Of a stretch of DNA of 64,000 bases, positions 9,272 through 20,514 are shown in pieces. Origin of the DNA: an uncultured Actinomycetota bacterium (GTDB lineage: Bacteria > Actinomycetota > Actinomycetes > Propionibacteriales > Nocardioidaceae); assembly GCA_963830735.1 (NCBI GenBank), contig CAWHNG010000003.1:209989-273988 (forward strand), in the 5' to 3' direction. The position numbers and the translations under genes were made by a program. The notes beneath the pieces are model-generated. The model did not search any database and was not told the DNA's origin. It was given only the letters and a program-made list of their open reading frames with translations. Every line of letters starts with the position of its first letter. The stretch's first letter is position 1.

Positions 9272-9763
9272 TCAGTGCGGGTCGGTCTTGAACCGGCCGA
9301 ACGACGCGTGGATCTCGATCTCGGCCTCGGTGCGGCCGACCCAGTCGGCGCCCTCGACGGACTTGCCGGGCTCGAGGTCCTTGTAGACCTCGAAGAAGTG
9401 CTGGATCTCCAGTCGGTCGAACTTCGCGACGTGGCTGATGTCGCGCAGGTGCTCCATGCGCGGGTCGTCGACGGGCACGCAGAGCACCTTGTCGTCGCCG
9501 CCCTTCTCGTCGGTCATCCGGAACATGCCGATCGCGCGGCACTTGATCAGGCATCCGGGGAAGGTCGGCTCCTGGAGCAGGACGAGCGCGTCGAGCGGGT
9601 CGCCGTCCTGGCCGAGGGTGTCCTCGATGTAGCCGTAGTCGGCGGGGTACATCGTCGACGTGAAGAGGAAGCGGTCCAGACGCATTCGGCCGGTCTCGTG
9701 GTCCACCTCGTACTTGTTGCGGCTTCCCTTCGGGATCTCCACGAGTACGTCGAATTCCAGCAC
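9272..9763 (-). CDS. ppa: Inorganic pyrophosphatase
   Basis: [35 protein letters not shown]; GTG at 9763 with RBS GGAGG. Confidence 0.97.
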   Translation of the reverse strand: MLEFDVLVEIPKGSRNKYEVDHETGRMRLDRFLFTSTMYPADYGYIEDTLGQDGDPLDALVLLQEPTFPGCLIKCRAIGMFRMTDEKGGDDKVLCVPVDDPRMEHLRDISHVAKFDRLEIQHFFEVYKDLEPGKSVEGADWVGRTEAEIEIHASFGRFKTDPH

Positions 9764-9877
9764 GTCTGCCTCCGCGTCTACCTGGTCCGGGATCGGGCCC
9801 GATCCCTCGTCGGGGGTCATCCTCCCGCACAATGACCCCGAACGCGCAGTCAGTCTGGCAAAACGTGAGGGGGAACA

Positions 9878-11362
9878 GTGGCCGCTGGCAACGAGAGGCC
9901 CGGCCGCCGGTCCGTCCGGGCGACCATCGCGGTCAGCCTCGCGCTCCTGCTCGTGGCCGGGGGACTGCTGTCGTGGCGGACCGGCTGGGTCGAGGACTGG
10001 TGGGACAACCTCCAGGGCGGCGCCGACGCCCCCACCGACGACCCGGCAGCGGTGGCCCCGCCTCCCGAGGTCGACATCCCCGCCGTCCGGAGGCCGCCCG
10101 CGGTCGCCGGTTCCGCCGACGCTGCGGCGCCCGTGGACCGGGCGGCCGTCGAGGCGGCGGTCGCCGGCTACCTCGCCGACCGTGACCTGGGTCGGCACGT
10201 CGTGGCGGCGGTCGCGCCCCTGGAGGGCAGCGGCGCGCCGTACCAGATGGTGAGCAGGGGCCGTGCCCTGGCGACGCCCGCATCGACCACCAAGGTGGTG
10301 ACCACCACGGCGGCGCTCTTCCTGCTGGGCGCCGATCACACCTTCACGACGTCGACCGTCCTCGACACCAGCGGCGCGACGCCCCGGCTCGTGCTCGTCG
10401 GCGGCGGCGACCCCCATCTGCTGAGCCGGCCGGACTCGGAGTGGGGCACCAGGACCGACGCGACCGTCGTGACGGAGAAGGCCGACGTCGTGACCCTCGC
10501 GCGCCAGACCGCGCGGGCGCTGCTGCGCGACGGTGTGAACACGGTGAGCCTCGGGTTCGACGACGGCCTCTTCACGGGCCCGGAGGGGAACCCGTACTGG
10601 GAGGCCGACTACCTCCCCGACGGCGTCGTGTCGCCGATCAGCGCACTGTGGGTCGACGAGGGCCGCTCGCCCACCGGCTACGGCCGTGTCGCCGATCCCG
10701 CGCAGGTCGCGGCCGACACCTTCGCGGCCGCGCTCACAGCGGCCGGCGTGACGGTGACCGGCGGTCCGACCCGCACCACGGCGCCGGCGTCGGCCGGGCG
10801 GGTCGCGGCGGTCCACAGTGCGCCGCTCGCCAAGATCGTGCAGCGGATCCTGGAGGTCAGCGACAACGAGGCGACCGAAGTCCTGTTCCGTCACGTCGGG
10901 GTCGCCGACAGCGGCGATGGCTCGTTCGCCGGCGGGCAGCAGGGCGTCCAGCGCGTACTGACCGCCAACGGCATCGACCTGCGCGGCACGGTCCTGTACG
11001 ACGGCAGCGGCCTGTCGCGGGACAACGTGATCGACCCGGGCGTCCTGATCGACGTGATCCGGCTCGCCGCCGACGAGCAGAACCCCGACCTGCGCGCCGT
11101 GCTCACCGGGCTCCCGGTCGCCGGCTACACCGGCTCGCTCACCAACCGGATGGACCTCGGTCCGGCCGACGGCCGCGGCCGGGTCCGCGCCAAGACCGGC
11201 ACCCTGACCGGCGTACGGTCGCTCGCCGGCATCGCGGTCGACCTCGACGGCGACCTCATCGTCTTCGCGATGCTCGCCGACCGCATACCCAAGGACAAGG
11301 ACGAGCTCGCCGAGGTCGCGATGGACAACGCCGCCGTCGCCCTCGGTGCCTGCCACTGCTGA
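9878..11362 (+). CDS. dacB: D-alanyl-D-alanine carboxypeptidase/endopeptidase (PBP4 family)
   Basis: SxxK (PASTTK), SDN, KTGTL; conserved ppa-dacB-tilS-hpt-ftsH synteny. Confidence 0.93.
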   Translation: MAAGNERPGRRSVRATIAVSLALLLVAGGLLSWRTGWVEDWWDNLQGGADAPTDDPAAVAPPPEVDIPAVRRPPAVAGSADAAAPVDRAAVEAAVAGYLADRDLGRHVVAAVAPLEGSGAPYQMVSRGRALATPASTTKVVTTTAALFLLGADHTFTTSTVLDTSGATPRLVLVGGGDPHLLSRPDSEWGTRTDATVVTEKADVVTLARQTARALLRDGVNTVSLGFDDGLFTGPEGNPYWEADYLPDGVVSPISALWVDEGRSPTGYGRVADPAQVAADTFAAALTAAGVTVTGGPTRTTAPASAGRVAAVHSAPLAKIVQRILEVSDNEATEVLFRHVGVADSGDGSFAGGQQGVQRVLTANGIDLRGTVLYDGSGLSRDNVIDPGVLIDVIRLAADEQNPDLRAVLTGLPVAGYTGSLTNRMDLGPADGRGRVRAKTGTLTGVRSLAGIAVDLDGDLIVFAMLADRIPKDKDELAEVAMDNAAVALGACHC

Positions 11363-11518
11363 CCCCCCTCCTGTCGAGTCGGCGCGTCTCTGCAGGCCAG
11401 GAGCGTCGAGTCGGCGCGTGTCAACATGAGCCGACTCGACGCCGTACGGGTGCAGAGACAAGCCGACTCGACGCCGTACGCGTGCAGAGACAAGCCGACT
11501 CGACGGGTGGGGGAGGGG
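11362..11518. repeat. Inverted tandem array of 32-bp units (2 forward, 3 reverse; core GTCGAGTCGGC / GCCGACTCGAC)
   Basis: Forward units at 11373 and 11405; reverse units at 11429, 11461 and 11493. Confidence 0.88.
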
Positions 11519-11546
11519 GCGACCGGCCACCGCCTACCCTTCACGC

Positions 11547-12605
11547 ATGACGTACGGCGCCGCGCAACCCGACCTTCCGGCCATGGTGGACTGGCGGCTC
11601 GCGGTCTCGCTGGGGTCCCGGCTGGCCGGTGAGGGCCCGGAGGTGAGCCGGTCCGAGGCGGCCGACGCGGTCGCCGAGCTCCGCGCCGGGGCGAACCGGT
11701 CGACGGGCCTGGTCCGCGACTTCACGGGCCTCGACGCACCCGACGACACCGCGCCCGTCCTGGTCGTCGACCGCCCCGGCTGGGTGCAGGCGAACGCCGA
11801 GGGCTTCGCCGCCGCGACCCGCCCGATGGTCGAGAAGATCGTCGAGAAGCGGACCCCCGGCGCGCTCTCGCTCAAGGTCGGCTCGAAGATCACCGGCGCC
11901 GAGGTCGGCGGCCTGCTGGGCTTCCTGGCGGGCAAGGTCCTCGGCCAGTTCGACCCGTTCCACGAGCCCTCCGGCCGGCTGCTGCTGGTCGCGCCCAACA
12001 TCGTCCACGTCGAGCGCGAGCTCGAGGTGGACCCGCACGACTTCCGGCTCTGGGTCTGCCTGCACGAGGAGACCCACCGGGTGCAGTTCACCGCGGTGCC
12101 GTGGATGCGCGACCACCTCTTCTCCGAGATCCGCGCGATCAGCGACACCCTCGAGCCGGCGTCGCTCCTCGACGGCGGTGTCGAGCGGATCACCGAGGCG
12201 CTCAAGGCGGCCCGCGGCGGCGGCAGCATCGTCGACATGTTCAGCACCGCGGAGCAGAAGGAGGTGCTGGACCGGATCACCGGGATGATGTCGCTGCTCG
12301 AGGGCCACGCCGACGTCGTGATGGACGACGTCGGCCCGCAGGTCATCCCCACCGTCGCCGACATCCGCGCCAAGTTCACCAAGCGTCGCCAGGGCGTCGG
12401 CACGCTCGACCGGATCCTGCGCCGCCTGCTCGGCCTCGAGGCCAAGATGGCGCAGTACCGCGACGGAGCAGGCTTCGTCCGTGCGGTCGTCGACAAGGTC
12501 GGCATGGAGGAGTTCAACGCGGTCTGGGAGCGTCCCGACAACCTCCCGACCAAGGCCGAGCTGCCCGACCCCGACGCCTGGATCCGCCGCGTCCTGACCG
12601 CATGA
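11547..12605 (+). CDS. Zinc-dependent metalloprotease-like protein (DUF2342 type)
   Basis: HEETH, LLEGHA, GQFDPF motifs; usual neighbour of dacB/tilS. Confidence 0.85.
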   Translation: MTYGAAQPDLPAMVDWRLAVSLGSRLAGEGPEVSRSEAADAVAELRAGANRSTGLVRDFTGLDAPDDTAPVLVVDRPGWVQANAEGFAAATRPMVEKIVEKRTPGALSLKVGSKITGAEVGGLLGFLAGKVLGQFDPFHEPSGRLLLVAPNIVHVERELEVDPHDFRLWVCLHEETHRVQFTAVPWMRDHLFSEIRAISDTLEPASLLDGGVERITEALKAARGGGSIVDMFSTAEQKEVLDRITGMMSLLEGHADVVMDDVGPQVIPTVADIRAKFTKRRQGVGTLDRILRRLLGLEAKMAQYRDGAGFVRAVVDKVGMEEFNAVWERPDNLPTKAELPDPDAWIRRVLTA

Positions 12606-13579
12606 GCCTGCACCCGGCGGTCGCCACCGTTCGTCAGGGGGTACGCCGGACGCTGGCCGGCCTCGAGCCCGGCAGCACCGTGCTGGTGGCCTGCTCGGGC
12701 GGGCCGGACTCGCTCGCCCTGCTGTCGGCGGCCGTCTTCGAGGGCCGCAAGCGTGGCCTGGTGGTGATCGGCGCGACCGTCGACCACGGCCTCCAGGCCG
12801 ACTCGACCGTCCACGCCGCCCACGTCGTCGAGCAGATGGCCGCGATCGGCGCCGACCAGACCGCGTCGGTGCGGGTCGAGGTCCGCGGTGCCGGCGAAGG
12901 TCCCGAGGCCGCCGCCCGTCGGGCACGGTACGACGTCCTCGAGCAGCTCCGGGAGCACTTCGGCGCCGCGTGCGTGCTGCTCGGGCACACCCGCGACGAC
13001 CAGGCCGAGACGGTCCTGCTCGGGCTCACCCGCGGGTCGGGCGGGAGGTCGCTGGCCGGCATGCGGCGGGCGTTCGACCACTACGCGCGCCCGCTGCTCG
13101 ACGTACCCCGGGCCGACACCGTCACCGCCTGCCAGGTCGAGGGCCTCGACTTCTGGAACGACCCCCACAACGAGGACCCCGGCTACACCCGGGTCCGGGT
13201 CCGCCGGGTCGTCCTTCCCGTCCTCGAGGAGCAGCTCGGGCCGGGCGTGGCCGCGACCCTGGCCCGCACCGCCGACCAGCTCCGCGACGACGTCGACGCC
13301 CTCGACGGGCTCGCCGCCGCGGCGTACGCCGAGGTCGCCGGGCCCGAGGGCATCGACCTCCGCTCACTGCACGACCTTCACCGGGCGATCGCCTCGCGGG
13401 TGCTGCGCAAGGCGGCCGTGACGGCCGGCGCGATCGACGCCGAGCTCTTCCACGTCCACGTCCGGGCGCTGGTCGACCTGGCAGCGGGTGACCTGCGCGG
13501 TGAGGTGCAGCTTCCCGGCCACGTGAGCGCCCGCCGCGAGGGCGGTCGGTTGCGGTTCGGGGGCACGGCTCGACCATGA
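12602..13579 (+). CDS. tilS: tRNA(Ile)-lysidine synthetase
   Basis: ATGA overlap; ACSGGPDSLAL, GHTRDDQAET, DPHN, RVRVR. Confidence 0.95.
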   Translation: MSLHPAVATVRQGVRRTLAGLEPGSTVLVACSGGPDSLALLSAAVFEGRKRGLVVIGATVDHGLQADSTVHAAHVVEQMAAIGADQTASVRVEVRGAGEGPEAAARRARYDVLEQLREHFGAACVLLGHTRDDQAETVLLGLTRGSGGRSLAGMRRAFDHYARPLLDVPRADTVTACQVEGLDFWNDPHNEDPGYTRVRVRRVVLPVLEEQLGPGVAATLARTADQLRDDVDALDGLAAAAYAEVAGPEGIDLRSLHDLHRAIASRVLRKAAVTAGAIDAELFHVHVRALVDLAAGDLRGEVQLPGHVSARREGGRLRFGGTARP

Positions 13580-13636
13580 CCGGCCAATCGCGGACGCGCG
13601 CGTGTGTGCCGTACGACCCTGTGCCATCCTGACCGC

Positions 13637-14188
13637 ATGGACACCGCCCACGTCGACGACGACCTGGTGGAGGTCCTCTTCACCGAGAAGCAGATCCAGG
13701 ACCGGCTCGGCGAGCTCGCCGCCGACATCGAGCGCGACTACGCCGGCAAGGACCTGATCATCGTCGGCGTTTTGCGCGGCGCCGTCATGGTCATGGCCGA
13801 CCTCGCGCGGGCCCTCGGTCGGCACGTGGAGATGGACTGGATGGCGGTGTCGTCGTACGGCTCCGGCACCAAGTCCTCCGGCGTGGTCCGGATCCTCAAG
13901 GACCTCGACTCCGACATCACGGGCCGCCACGTGCTCATCGTCGACGAGATCATCGACACCGGGCTCACCCTCTCGTGGCTGACGTCCAACCTCGGCTCGC
14001 GCGGTCCGGCGAGCGTCGAGATCTGCACCCTCCTCCGCAAGCCCGAGGCGCTGCAGATGCCGGTCGAGGCGAAGTACGTCGGCTGGGACATCCCCAACGA
14101 GTTCGTCGTCGGATACGGCCTCGACTACCGCGAGCGCTACCGCAACCTGCGCGACATCGGCACCCTGGCACCGCACGTCTACTCGTGA
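13637..14188 (+). CDS. hpt: Hypoxanthine phosphoribosyltransferase
   Basis: VLIVDEIIDTGLTL, FVVGYGLDY; leaderless -10 CATCCT. Confidence 0.97.
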   Translation: MDTAHVDDDLVEVLFTEKQIQDRLGELAADIERDYAGKDLIIVGVLRGAVMVMADLARALGRHVEMDWMAVSSYGSGTKSSGVVRILKDLDSDITGRHVLIVDEIIDTGLTLSWLTSNLGSRGPASVEICTLLRKPEALQMPVEAKYVGWDIPNEFVVGYGLDYRERYRNLRDIGTLAPHVYS

Positions 14189-14235
14189 TCTCTGGCGCTC
14201 GCTCCGATGGCGCGGCGGCCGGCGGCGAGAGTGCG

Positions 14236-14323
14236 GATTCACCACGGGATCTAGGCGAGTCTGCGCTTCCCTCGCGGAACTCCGTGCGGGATGTGACGGC
14301 TCGCCTGCATACCGTGGTGAAGC
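14236..14323. repeat. 88-bp palindromic element, copy 2
   Basis: GATTCACCACGG...AGGCGAG...GCGG-AACT-CCGT...CTCGCCT...CCGTGGTGAAGC; same length and loop as copy 1. Confidence 0.85.
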
Positions 14324-14559
14324 AGCAGCGGGAGCACCGACACGGACGCGCCGTTGACATCGGGCGGCCGAGCGGAACCCCACACCACTCCGGCTCGTTC
14401 CATCCTTGGTCGCCTGGGAGAATGGCGACGTAGCGTCCCGTGTACCGTCGTGGGATCGGTGAGGACTGGTTTGAGAGCCGGTCTGCGTCGTCTGAAGGCT
14501 GAGAGCGAGGGACGAGCGGGTCAGCCTGAAGCGACAACGTATGAGGAGCGGATGAGTCA

Positions 14560-16629
14560 GTGAAGCGCGTGTTCAGGGGCCCCTGGATCTGGATCCTGGT
14601 GGCGGTCGTTGCCGTCCTCCTGGCCTTGGAGTTCCTCGCGCCCGGTGGGGGGTACGACGAGGTCTCGACCTCGCGGATGAGCAAGTACATCGCCGACGGC
14701 GAGGTCGAGGACATCACCTTCATCGACGGCGACCAGACCATCGAGGCGACCCTCGACAAGGGCACCCGTGCCGACGGCGACAAGATCGTCGCCCACTACA
14801 TCCAGGGCCAGCAGGAGACCATCCTCGCGGCGGTCGACGAGCAGGTCGAGGAGGGGACGATCGAGAAGTCCAACTCCGAGAACCCCCAGCCCAGCCTGCT
14901 CGGCTCGATCCTGGCCACGCTGCTCCCGTTCGCGCTGATCATCTTGCTGTTCATCTTCTTGATGAACAACGTGCAGGGCGGCGGTCGCGGCGTCATGCAG
15001 TTCGGCAAGTCCAAGGCCAAGATGATCACCAAGGACATGCCGAAGACGACGTTCGCCGACGTCGCCGGCTGCGACGAGGCGATCGAGGAGCTCGGCGAGA
15101 TCAAGGAGTTCCTGCAGGAGCCGGCCAAGTTCCAGGCGGTCGGGGCGAAGATCCCCAAGGGCGTGCTGCTCTACGGCCCGCCGGGCACCGGCAAGACCCT
15201 GCTCGCCCGCGCCGTCGCGGGTGAGGCCGGCGTGCCGTTCTACTCCATCTCGGGTTCGGACTTCGTCGAGATGTTCGTCGGTGTCGGTGCGTCCCGGGTG
15301 CGCGACCTGTTCGAGCAGGCCAAGGAGAACGCCCCGGCCATCGTGTTCATCGACGAGATCGACGCCGTCGGTCGTCACCGCGGTGCCGGCATGGGCGGCG
15401 GCCACGACGAGCGGGAGCAGACCCTCAACCAGCTCCTCGTCGAGATGGACGGCTTCGACGTCCGCGGCGGGGTCATCCTGATCGCGGCGACCAACCGGCC
15501 CGACGTGCTCGACCCGGCGCTGCTGCGCCCGGGCCGCTTCGACCGGCAGATCGGCGTCGACGCCCCCGACCTCAACGGCCGGCTCCACATCCTGCAGGTC
15601 CACGCGCGCGGCAAGCCGCTGGCCGCCTCCGTCGACCTGATGGGCGTCGCCCGACGCACCCCGGGGTTCAGCGGTGCCGACCTGGCCAACGTGCTCAACG
15701 AGGCCGCGCTGCTCACCGCCCGCAACAACGAGAAGCTGATCTCCGCCTACGCCCTCGACGAGGCCATCGACCGCGTCATCGCAGGCCCGCAGCGTCGTAC
15801 CCGCCTGATGAGCGAGAAGGAGAAGCTCATCACCGCCTACCACGAGGGCGGCCACGCCCTCGTCGCCGCGGCGCTGCCCGGCACCGACCCGGTGCACAAG
15901 GTGACGATCCTGCCGCGCGGCCGGGCGCTGGGCTACACGATGGTGCTGCCCGACGAGGACAAGTACAGCCAGACCCGCAGCGAGATGCTCGACAAGCTCG
16001 CCTACATGCTCGGCGGACGCGCGGCGGAGGAGATGGTCTTCCACGACCCGACCACCGGCGCCGGCAACGACATCGACAAGGCCACCAACCTGGCCCGGGC
16101 GATGGTGACGCAGTACGGCATGACCGAGACCCTCGGCGCGGTGAAGTTCGGCGAGTCCAACTCCGAGCCGTTCCTCGGCCGCGACATCGGCCACCAGCGC
16201 AACTACTCCGAGGACGTCGCCGCCAAGATCGACGAGGAGACCAAGAACCTCCTCGCGGTCGCCCACCAGGAGGCGTTCGACATCCTCGAGGAGAACCGCG
16301 ACGTCCTCGACGCGCTGGTGCTCGCGCTGCTCGACAAGGAGACCCTCGACAAGGCCGAGGTCGCCGCGGTCTTCGAGCCCCTGCGGCGCCGCCCCGAGCG
16401 GCCGGCGTGGACCGGTTCGCCGACCCGCGTCCCGTCGGAGATCCCGCCCGTCGAGATCCCCGAGGAGATCCGTCGCCGCGCCTTCCAGAACGGCGTCAAC
16501 GGAGTCGGGCCCGAGGAGGAGGCCGGTGCGATCCTGACGCCGCCCGGCCCCGGCGGCGACGTGTACGGCGGACCGCAGGTCGCTCCGCCGAGCGATCCGA
16601 CGCCGCCCAGTCCGCCGACCGGCGCCTGA
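14560..16629 (+). CDS. ftsH: ATP-dependent zinc metalloprotease FtsH
   Basis: Two TMs; GPPGTGKT; IDEID; HEGGH zinc motif. Confidence 0.98.
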   Translation: MKRVFRGPWIWILVAVVAVLLALEFLAPGGGYDEVSTSRMSKYIADGEVEDITFIDGDQTIEATLDKGTRADGDKIVAHYIQGQQETILAAVDEQVEEGTIEKSNSENPQPSLLGSILATLLPFALIILLFIFLMNNVQGGGRGVMQFGKSKAKMITKDMPKTTFADVAGCDEAIEELGEIKEFLQEPAKFQAVGAKIPKGVLLYGPPGTGKTLLARAVAGEAGVPFYSISGSDFVEMFVGVGASRVRDLFEQAKENAPAIVFIDEIDAVGRHRGAGMGGGHDEREQTLNQLLVEMDGFDVRGGVILIAATNRPDVLDPALLRPGRFDRQIGVDAPDLNGRLHILQVHARGKPLAASVDLMGVARRTPGFSGADLANVLNEAALLTARNNEKLISAYALDEAIDRVIAGPQRRTRLMSEKEKLITAYHEGGHALVAAALPGTDPVHKVTILPRGRALGYTMVLPDEDKYSQTRSEMLDKLAYMLGGRAAEEMVFHDPTTGAGNDIDKATNLARAMVTQYGMTETLGAVKFGESNSEPFLGRDIGHQRNYSEDVAAKIDEETKNLLAVAHQEAFDILEENRDVLDALVLALLDKETLDKAEVAAVFEPLRRRPERPAWTGSPTRVPSEIPPVEIPEEIRRRAFQNGVNGVGPEEEAGAILTPPGPGGDVYGGPQVAPPSDPTPPSPPTGA

Positions 16630-16641
16630 CGAGGGCGTGAC

Positions 16642-17259
16642 GTGACCGATCCGGTCCGGACGCCCGAGCGGGCCCCGGAGGACATTCCCCCGTTCGACCA
16701 GGACCGAGCCGAGGCCGCCGTACGCGAGCTCCTCGCCGCCATGGGCGAGGACCCCGACCGCGAGGGTCTGCGCGACACCCCCGCGCGGGTGGCGCGGGCG
16801 TACGCCGAGCTGACCGCCGGGATGCGGATGCAGCCCGAAGACGTCCTCACCACGACCTTCGACATCGGCCACGACGAGATGGTGCTGGTCCGTGACATCG
16901 AGCTGTGGTCGATGTGCGAGCACCACCTGGTGCCGTTCACCGGTGTCGCGCACGTCGGCTACATCCCGGCCGAGACCGGCAAGATCACCGGCCTGTCCAA
17001 GCTGGCCCGGCTGGTCGACGTCTACGCCAAGCGCCCGCAGGTGCAGGAACGACTCACCACGCAGGTCGCCGATGCACTGATGGAGCTCCTCGAGGCCCGC
17101 GGCGTGATCGTCGTCATCGAGGCCGAGCACCTGTGCATGACCATGCGCGGCGTGCGCAAGGCCGGCGCCCGCACGATCACCTCCGCGATCCGCGGCTCCA
17201 TGCACAACGCCGCGACCCGCGGCGAGGCGATGAGCCTGATCATGCACGGCACCCGCTGA
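16642..17259 (+). CDS. folE: GTP cyclohydrolase I
   Basis: [27 protein letters not shown]. Confidence 0.97.
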   Translation: MTDPVRTPERAPEDIPPFDQDRAEAAVRELLAAMGEDPDREGLRDTPARVARAYAELTAGMRMQPEDVLTTTFDIGHDEMVLVRDIELWSMCEHHLVPFTGVAHVGYIPAETGKITGLSKLARLVDVYAKRPQVQERLTTQVADALMELLEARGVIVVIEAEHLCMTMRGVRKAGARTITSAIRGSMHNAATRGEAMSLIMHGTR

Positions 17260-17366
17260 GTCTGCTGGGCCGAGCGCGTCGCACACGCCGCTCGCCGCAC
17301 GGGACTCGCTGATCCCTCCGCGAGCACCGCCGCCGCCCGCCGCCGCTGGGCGATAGCCTCACGCGC

Positions 17367-18224
17367 ATGACGACGACGCCGCTGGTGATGGGGGTCGTCA
17401 ACGTCACGCCGGACTCGTTCTCAGACGGCGGGAGGTACGTCGACCCGGCGCGCGCCGTCGAGCACGCCCGGCAGCTGCTGGCCGAGGGCGCCGACGTCCT
17501 CGACGTCGGCGGTGAGTCGACCCGTCCCGGCGCGACCCGGCCGCTGGTCACCGAGGAGCTCGACCGGGTGGTGCCCGTGATCGAGGCGCTCGCGGCCGAG
17601 GGGGCGACCGTCTCGGTCGACACGATGCGCGCCGAGGTCGCCGCGGCCGCGATCTCCGCAGGCGCGACGATCGTCAACGACGTGTCCGGCGGGCTCGCCG
17701 ACCCGGGGATCCTCGACGTCGTCGCCGACGCCCAGCAGGCGAGCGGGCTCACCTACATCGCCATGCACTGGCGGGCGCACAGCGACCGGATGCAGCAGCT
17801 GGCGTCGTACGACCGGCCGGGCGGGGTCGTCGCCGCGGTCAGCGACGAGCTCGCCGCCCGCGTCGCGGCGATCACCGCCGCCGGTGTGGACGAGCACCGG
17901 ATCGTGCTCGACCCCGGTCTCGGGTTCGCCAAGCTGGCCGAGCACAACTGGGACCTGCTGCGCCGCCTCGACGTGCTCGGCGGCCTCGGCCGGCCGCTGC
18001 TGATCGGCGCCAGCCGCAAGACGTTCCTGGGCACCCTCCTCCAGGACGAGTACGGCGCCCCGCGCCCTGTCGAGGGCCGCGAGGCCGCCGGTGTGGCGCT
18101 CACCGCGCTGCTCGCCGCAGGCCTTGGAGGAGCCCCCGTGTGGGCGGTGCGCGTGCACGACGTACGGTCACACGTCGACGCGCTGCGCGTCGTACGACAC
18201 TGGCAACCGGAGGAGGCGTCGTGA
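17367..18224 (+). CDS. folP: Dihydropteroate synthase
   Basis: NVTPDSFSDGG, GGESTRPGA, DPGLGFAK, SRK, RVHDV. Confidence 0.97.
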   Translation: MTTTPLVMGVVNVTPDSFSDGGRYVDPARAVEHARQLLAEGADVLDVGGESTRPGATRPLVTEELDRVVPVIEALAAEGATVSVDTMRAEVAAAAISAGATIVNDVSGGLADPGILDVVADAQQASGLTYIAMHWRAHSDRMQQLASYDRPGGVVAAVSDELAARVAAITAAGVDEHRIVLDPGLGFAKLAEHNWDLLRRLDVLGGLGRPLLIGASRKTFLGTLLQDEYGAPRPVEGREAAGVALTALLAAGLGGAPVWAVRVHDVRSHVDALRVVRHWQPEEAS

Positions 18225-18616
18225 CCGACGAGCTCGCCGTGCTGGGCATCGAGTGCTTCGGGCACCACGGTGTCTTCGAGCACGAGCGCCGCGACGGCCA
18301 GACCTTCGTGATCGACCTCGTCCTCGGGGTGGACACCCGTCCCGCCGCGGCGTCCGACGACTTGCGCGACACCGTCGACTACGGAAGTCTCGTCGCCCAG
18401 GTGGCGGCTGCGGTTACTCGGGACCCTGTCGATCTCATCGAGACCCTTGCAGAACGGGTGGCCGGTGTGTGCCTCTTGGACATTCGTGTTGAATGGGCGC
18501 GAGTGACCGTGCACAAGCCGGAAGCGCCGATCCAGACGAGGTTCTCCGACGTGACGCTGACGATCACCCGCAACCGTCACGACGAACCTGCCGGACAGGG
18601 AGAGGGCCAACGATGA
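18221..18616 (+). CDS. folB: Dihydroneopterin aldolase
   Basis: GTGA overlap; GHHGVFEHER, TVDY, DLIETLAE, VHKPEAP. Confidence 0.95.
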   Translation: MTDELAVLGIECFGHHGVFEHERRDGQTFVIDLVLGVDTRPAAASDDLRDTVDYGSLVAQVAAAVTRDPVDLIETLAERVAGVCLLDIRVEWARVTVHKPEAPIQTRFSDVTLTITRNRHDEPAGQGEGQR

Positions 18617-19182
18617 CCGAGACCCCCAATCCGAACATCATCGATGCCGACACGCTCACCGGGGAGATGCGGCCGATCCGACGGGTGGTGATCGCGCTGG
18701 GCTCCAACCTCGGCGAGCGGTTGGACAACCTCCAGGGCGGCATCGAGCAGCTCAGCGACACACCGGACGTCTGGCTGACCGCGGTGTCCCCGGTCTACGA
18801 GACGACGCCGGTCGACTGCCCCCCCGACTCGGGCCTGTTCCTCAACGCGATCGTGCTGGCCGACACCACGCTGTCGGCCCACCGCCTCCTCGACCGTGCG
18901 CTCGCGATCGAGGACGCCTACGACCGCGACCGCACCCACGGCCGCAACGCGCCGCGCACCCTCGACATCGACCTGATCGCGGTCGGCGACCGCCGCAGCG
19001 ACACCGAGACGCTCAAGCTGCCGCACCCGGAGGCCAGCGAGCGCGGGTTCGTGCTGCAGCCCTGGTTCGACCTCGAGCCGGACGCCGAGCTGCCGGGCAT
19101 GGGCCTGGTCTCCGAGCTGCTCGCGAAGGTCGGCACTGACGGAATGACCCGCCGCGACGACCTGGTGCTCGAGCTCGAGTGA
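18613..19182 (+). CDS. folK: 2-amino-4-hydroxy-6-hydroxymethyldihydropteridine diphosphokinase
   Basis: ALGSNLG, FLNA, PRTLDIDL, LPHP. Confidence 0.95.
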   Translation: MTETPNPNIIDADTLTGEMRPIRRVVIALGSNLGERLDNLQGGIEQLSDTPDVWLTAVSPVYETTPVDCPPDSGLFLNAIVLADTTLSAHRLLDRALAIEDAYDRDRTHGRNAPRTLDIDLIAVGDRRSDTETLKLPHPEASERGFVLQPWFDLEPDAELPGMGLVSELLAKVGTDGMTRRDDLVLELE

Positions 19183-19709
19183 GGGACGTCCCGCCGCTCG
19201 GCGACGAGGGTGGGGCGGATCCGGACGGTCCGGGCGGCGCGGGATCCGGGCCCCCCGGGTCGCTGCGACCCACGCCGCCGGTCGCCCTCGCCGGTTGGGC
19301 GGTCCTCGGGCTGGTGGTCGGCTGGGCGGTCCACCCCCTGAGTCAGCGGTACGGCGTCGTACCCCCTCATGTGTCGTGGGCGCAGCCGCTGACGCTGTGG
19401 CTGCTGGCCGTGATCCTCGGCTACACCGCGTGGGCGACCTGGCGGACCGTGCACGTACGCCGCGAGCGGCTGCTCGCGCACCAGGCCGTCAACCGGTTCG
19501 TGCTCGCCCGCGCGTGCGCGCTGGTCGCGGCGCTGGCCGCGGGCGGCTACCTCGGCTACGGCCTCAGCTGGCTCGGCGAGCCCGCCGAGATCGCGGGTGA
19601 CCGGCTGCTCCGCTCGCTGGTGGCGACCTTCGGAGGCGTCGCCGCCGCCGTTGCAGCACTGCTGCTCGAGCGCGCGTGTCGCGTCCGATCCGACGACGAT
19701 GACGCGTAA
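19179..19709 (+). CDS. DUF3180-type membrane protein
   Basis: Four TM segments; ends LERACRV; typical position after folK in actinobacteria. Confidence 0.8.
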   Translation: MRDVPPLGDEGGADPDGPGGAGSGPPGSLRPTPPVALAGWAVLGLVVGWAVHPLSQRYGVVPPHVSWAQPLTLWLLAVILGYTAWATWRTVHVRRERLLAHQAVNRFVLARACALVAALAAGGYLGYGLSWLGEPAEIAGDRLLRSLVATFGGVAAAVAALLLERACRVRSDDDDA

Positions 19710-19718
19710 CTTGCTGGC

Positions 19719-20309
19719 ATGACTTCCCCCACGGGCTCCCGCCGCCGCCAGCGGTCGACCCGCATCGTGGTCGCCGTACTCCTCCTGCTGCTCGCGGCGG
19801 CCGCCGTCCTGGGCACCGTGGTCATCGGCTCCTGGTTGGCCGTGACCCTGGCCGCCGCTGCCGCCGTGCTCCTCGGCGCCGTCGCCACCAAGATCACCCA
19901 CTCCGAGCTGATGGCCTCCCGTCGCGAGGCCGCCCGCGACCGCGCGGAGCAGGCGCAGGCCTACCGCGTGCTCGACGAGAAGCGGACCGCGGAGGGCGTC
20001 GAGTTCGCCGCCGACATGCAGGGCCGGATCGCCAAGCGCGACGCATGCGTCTCGCGGCTCGAGGACAGGCTCGCCGACGCCGCCGCCGAGCTGGCCGAGG
20101 CCCGCCGCCACGCCGCCGAGGTCGAGGAGCGCGCTGAGTCCGCCGAGCGCGAGTCCGGCCGCCTGGCAGTGCGGCTGACCGACGCCGAGGAGCGCGCGAC
20201 CCACGCCGTCGTGCGGGTCGCCGAGCTCGAGCAGGAGATCGACGTGCTCACCGCGCAGTGGCACGCCGCCCAGGCCCTCGTCGACCAGGTGAGCCGCAAG
20301 CCTGCCTGA
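19719..20309 (+). CDS. Hypothetical protein with N-terminal TM hairpin and coiled coil
   Basis: Good GC-frame bias; leaderless -10 TAACTT 6 nt upstream. Confidence 0.7.
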   Translation: MTSPTGSRRRQRSTRIVVAVLLLLLAAAAVLGTVVIGSWLAVTLAAAAAVLLGAVATKITHSELMASRREAARDRAEQAQAYRVLDEKRTAEGVEFAADMQGRIAKRDACVSRLEDRLADAAAELAEARRHAAEVEERAESAERESGRLAVRLTDAEERATHAVVRVAELEQEIDVLTAQWHAAQALVDQVSRKPA

Positions 20310-20514
20310 GGCTGAGCTCGCCCTGATCCCCAGGTGAGCCGGTCGAGCCGGGCGCCGGCAGGGCCGGAGCGCCCGGTGGGAGCATCGGCCGAGACACGCG
20401 CGGCGCGACACCACCGCGGCGGCCGACCGAGGACGCCCTGCCTGGCGTAGACGCTCTGCGACCGTAGGGTCCACCGGCACGGCCGGCTCCCGACCCGAGT
20501 GTCCAGAGATCCCG

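Noticed and set aside
11362-11518. CRISPR array (also considered for 49482-49638 and the 32-bp palindromes)
   Set aside because: Units are contiguous and inverted with no unique spacers, and there are no cas genes.
9272-11530. 752-aa minus-strand ORF
   Set aside because: Only 9272-9763 is ppa; the rest shadows dacB.
14557-17286. 909-aa antisense ORF (also 34952..37789, 40866..42902, 46124..49108 and similar)
   Set aside because: Stop-poor antisense or alternate frames typical of high-GC coding DNA; no motifs, and they overlap well-supported genes.
17260-17366. Folate-related riboswitch (THF or ZMP/pfl) before folP
   Set aside because: folP appears leaderless (TAGCCT 7 nt upstream) and no matching structure was seen.
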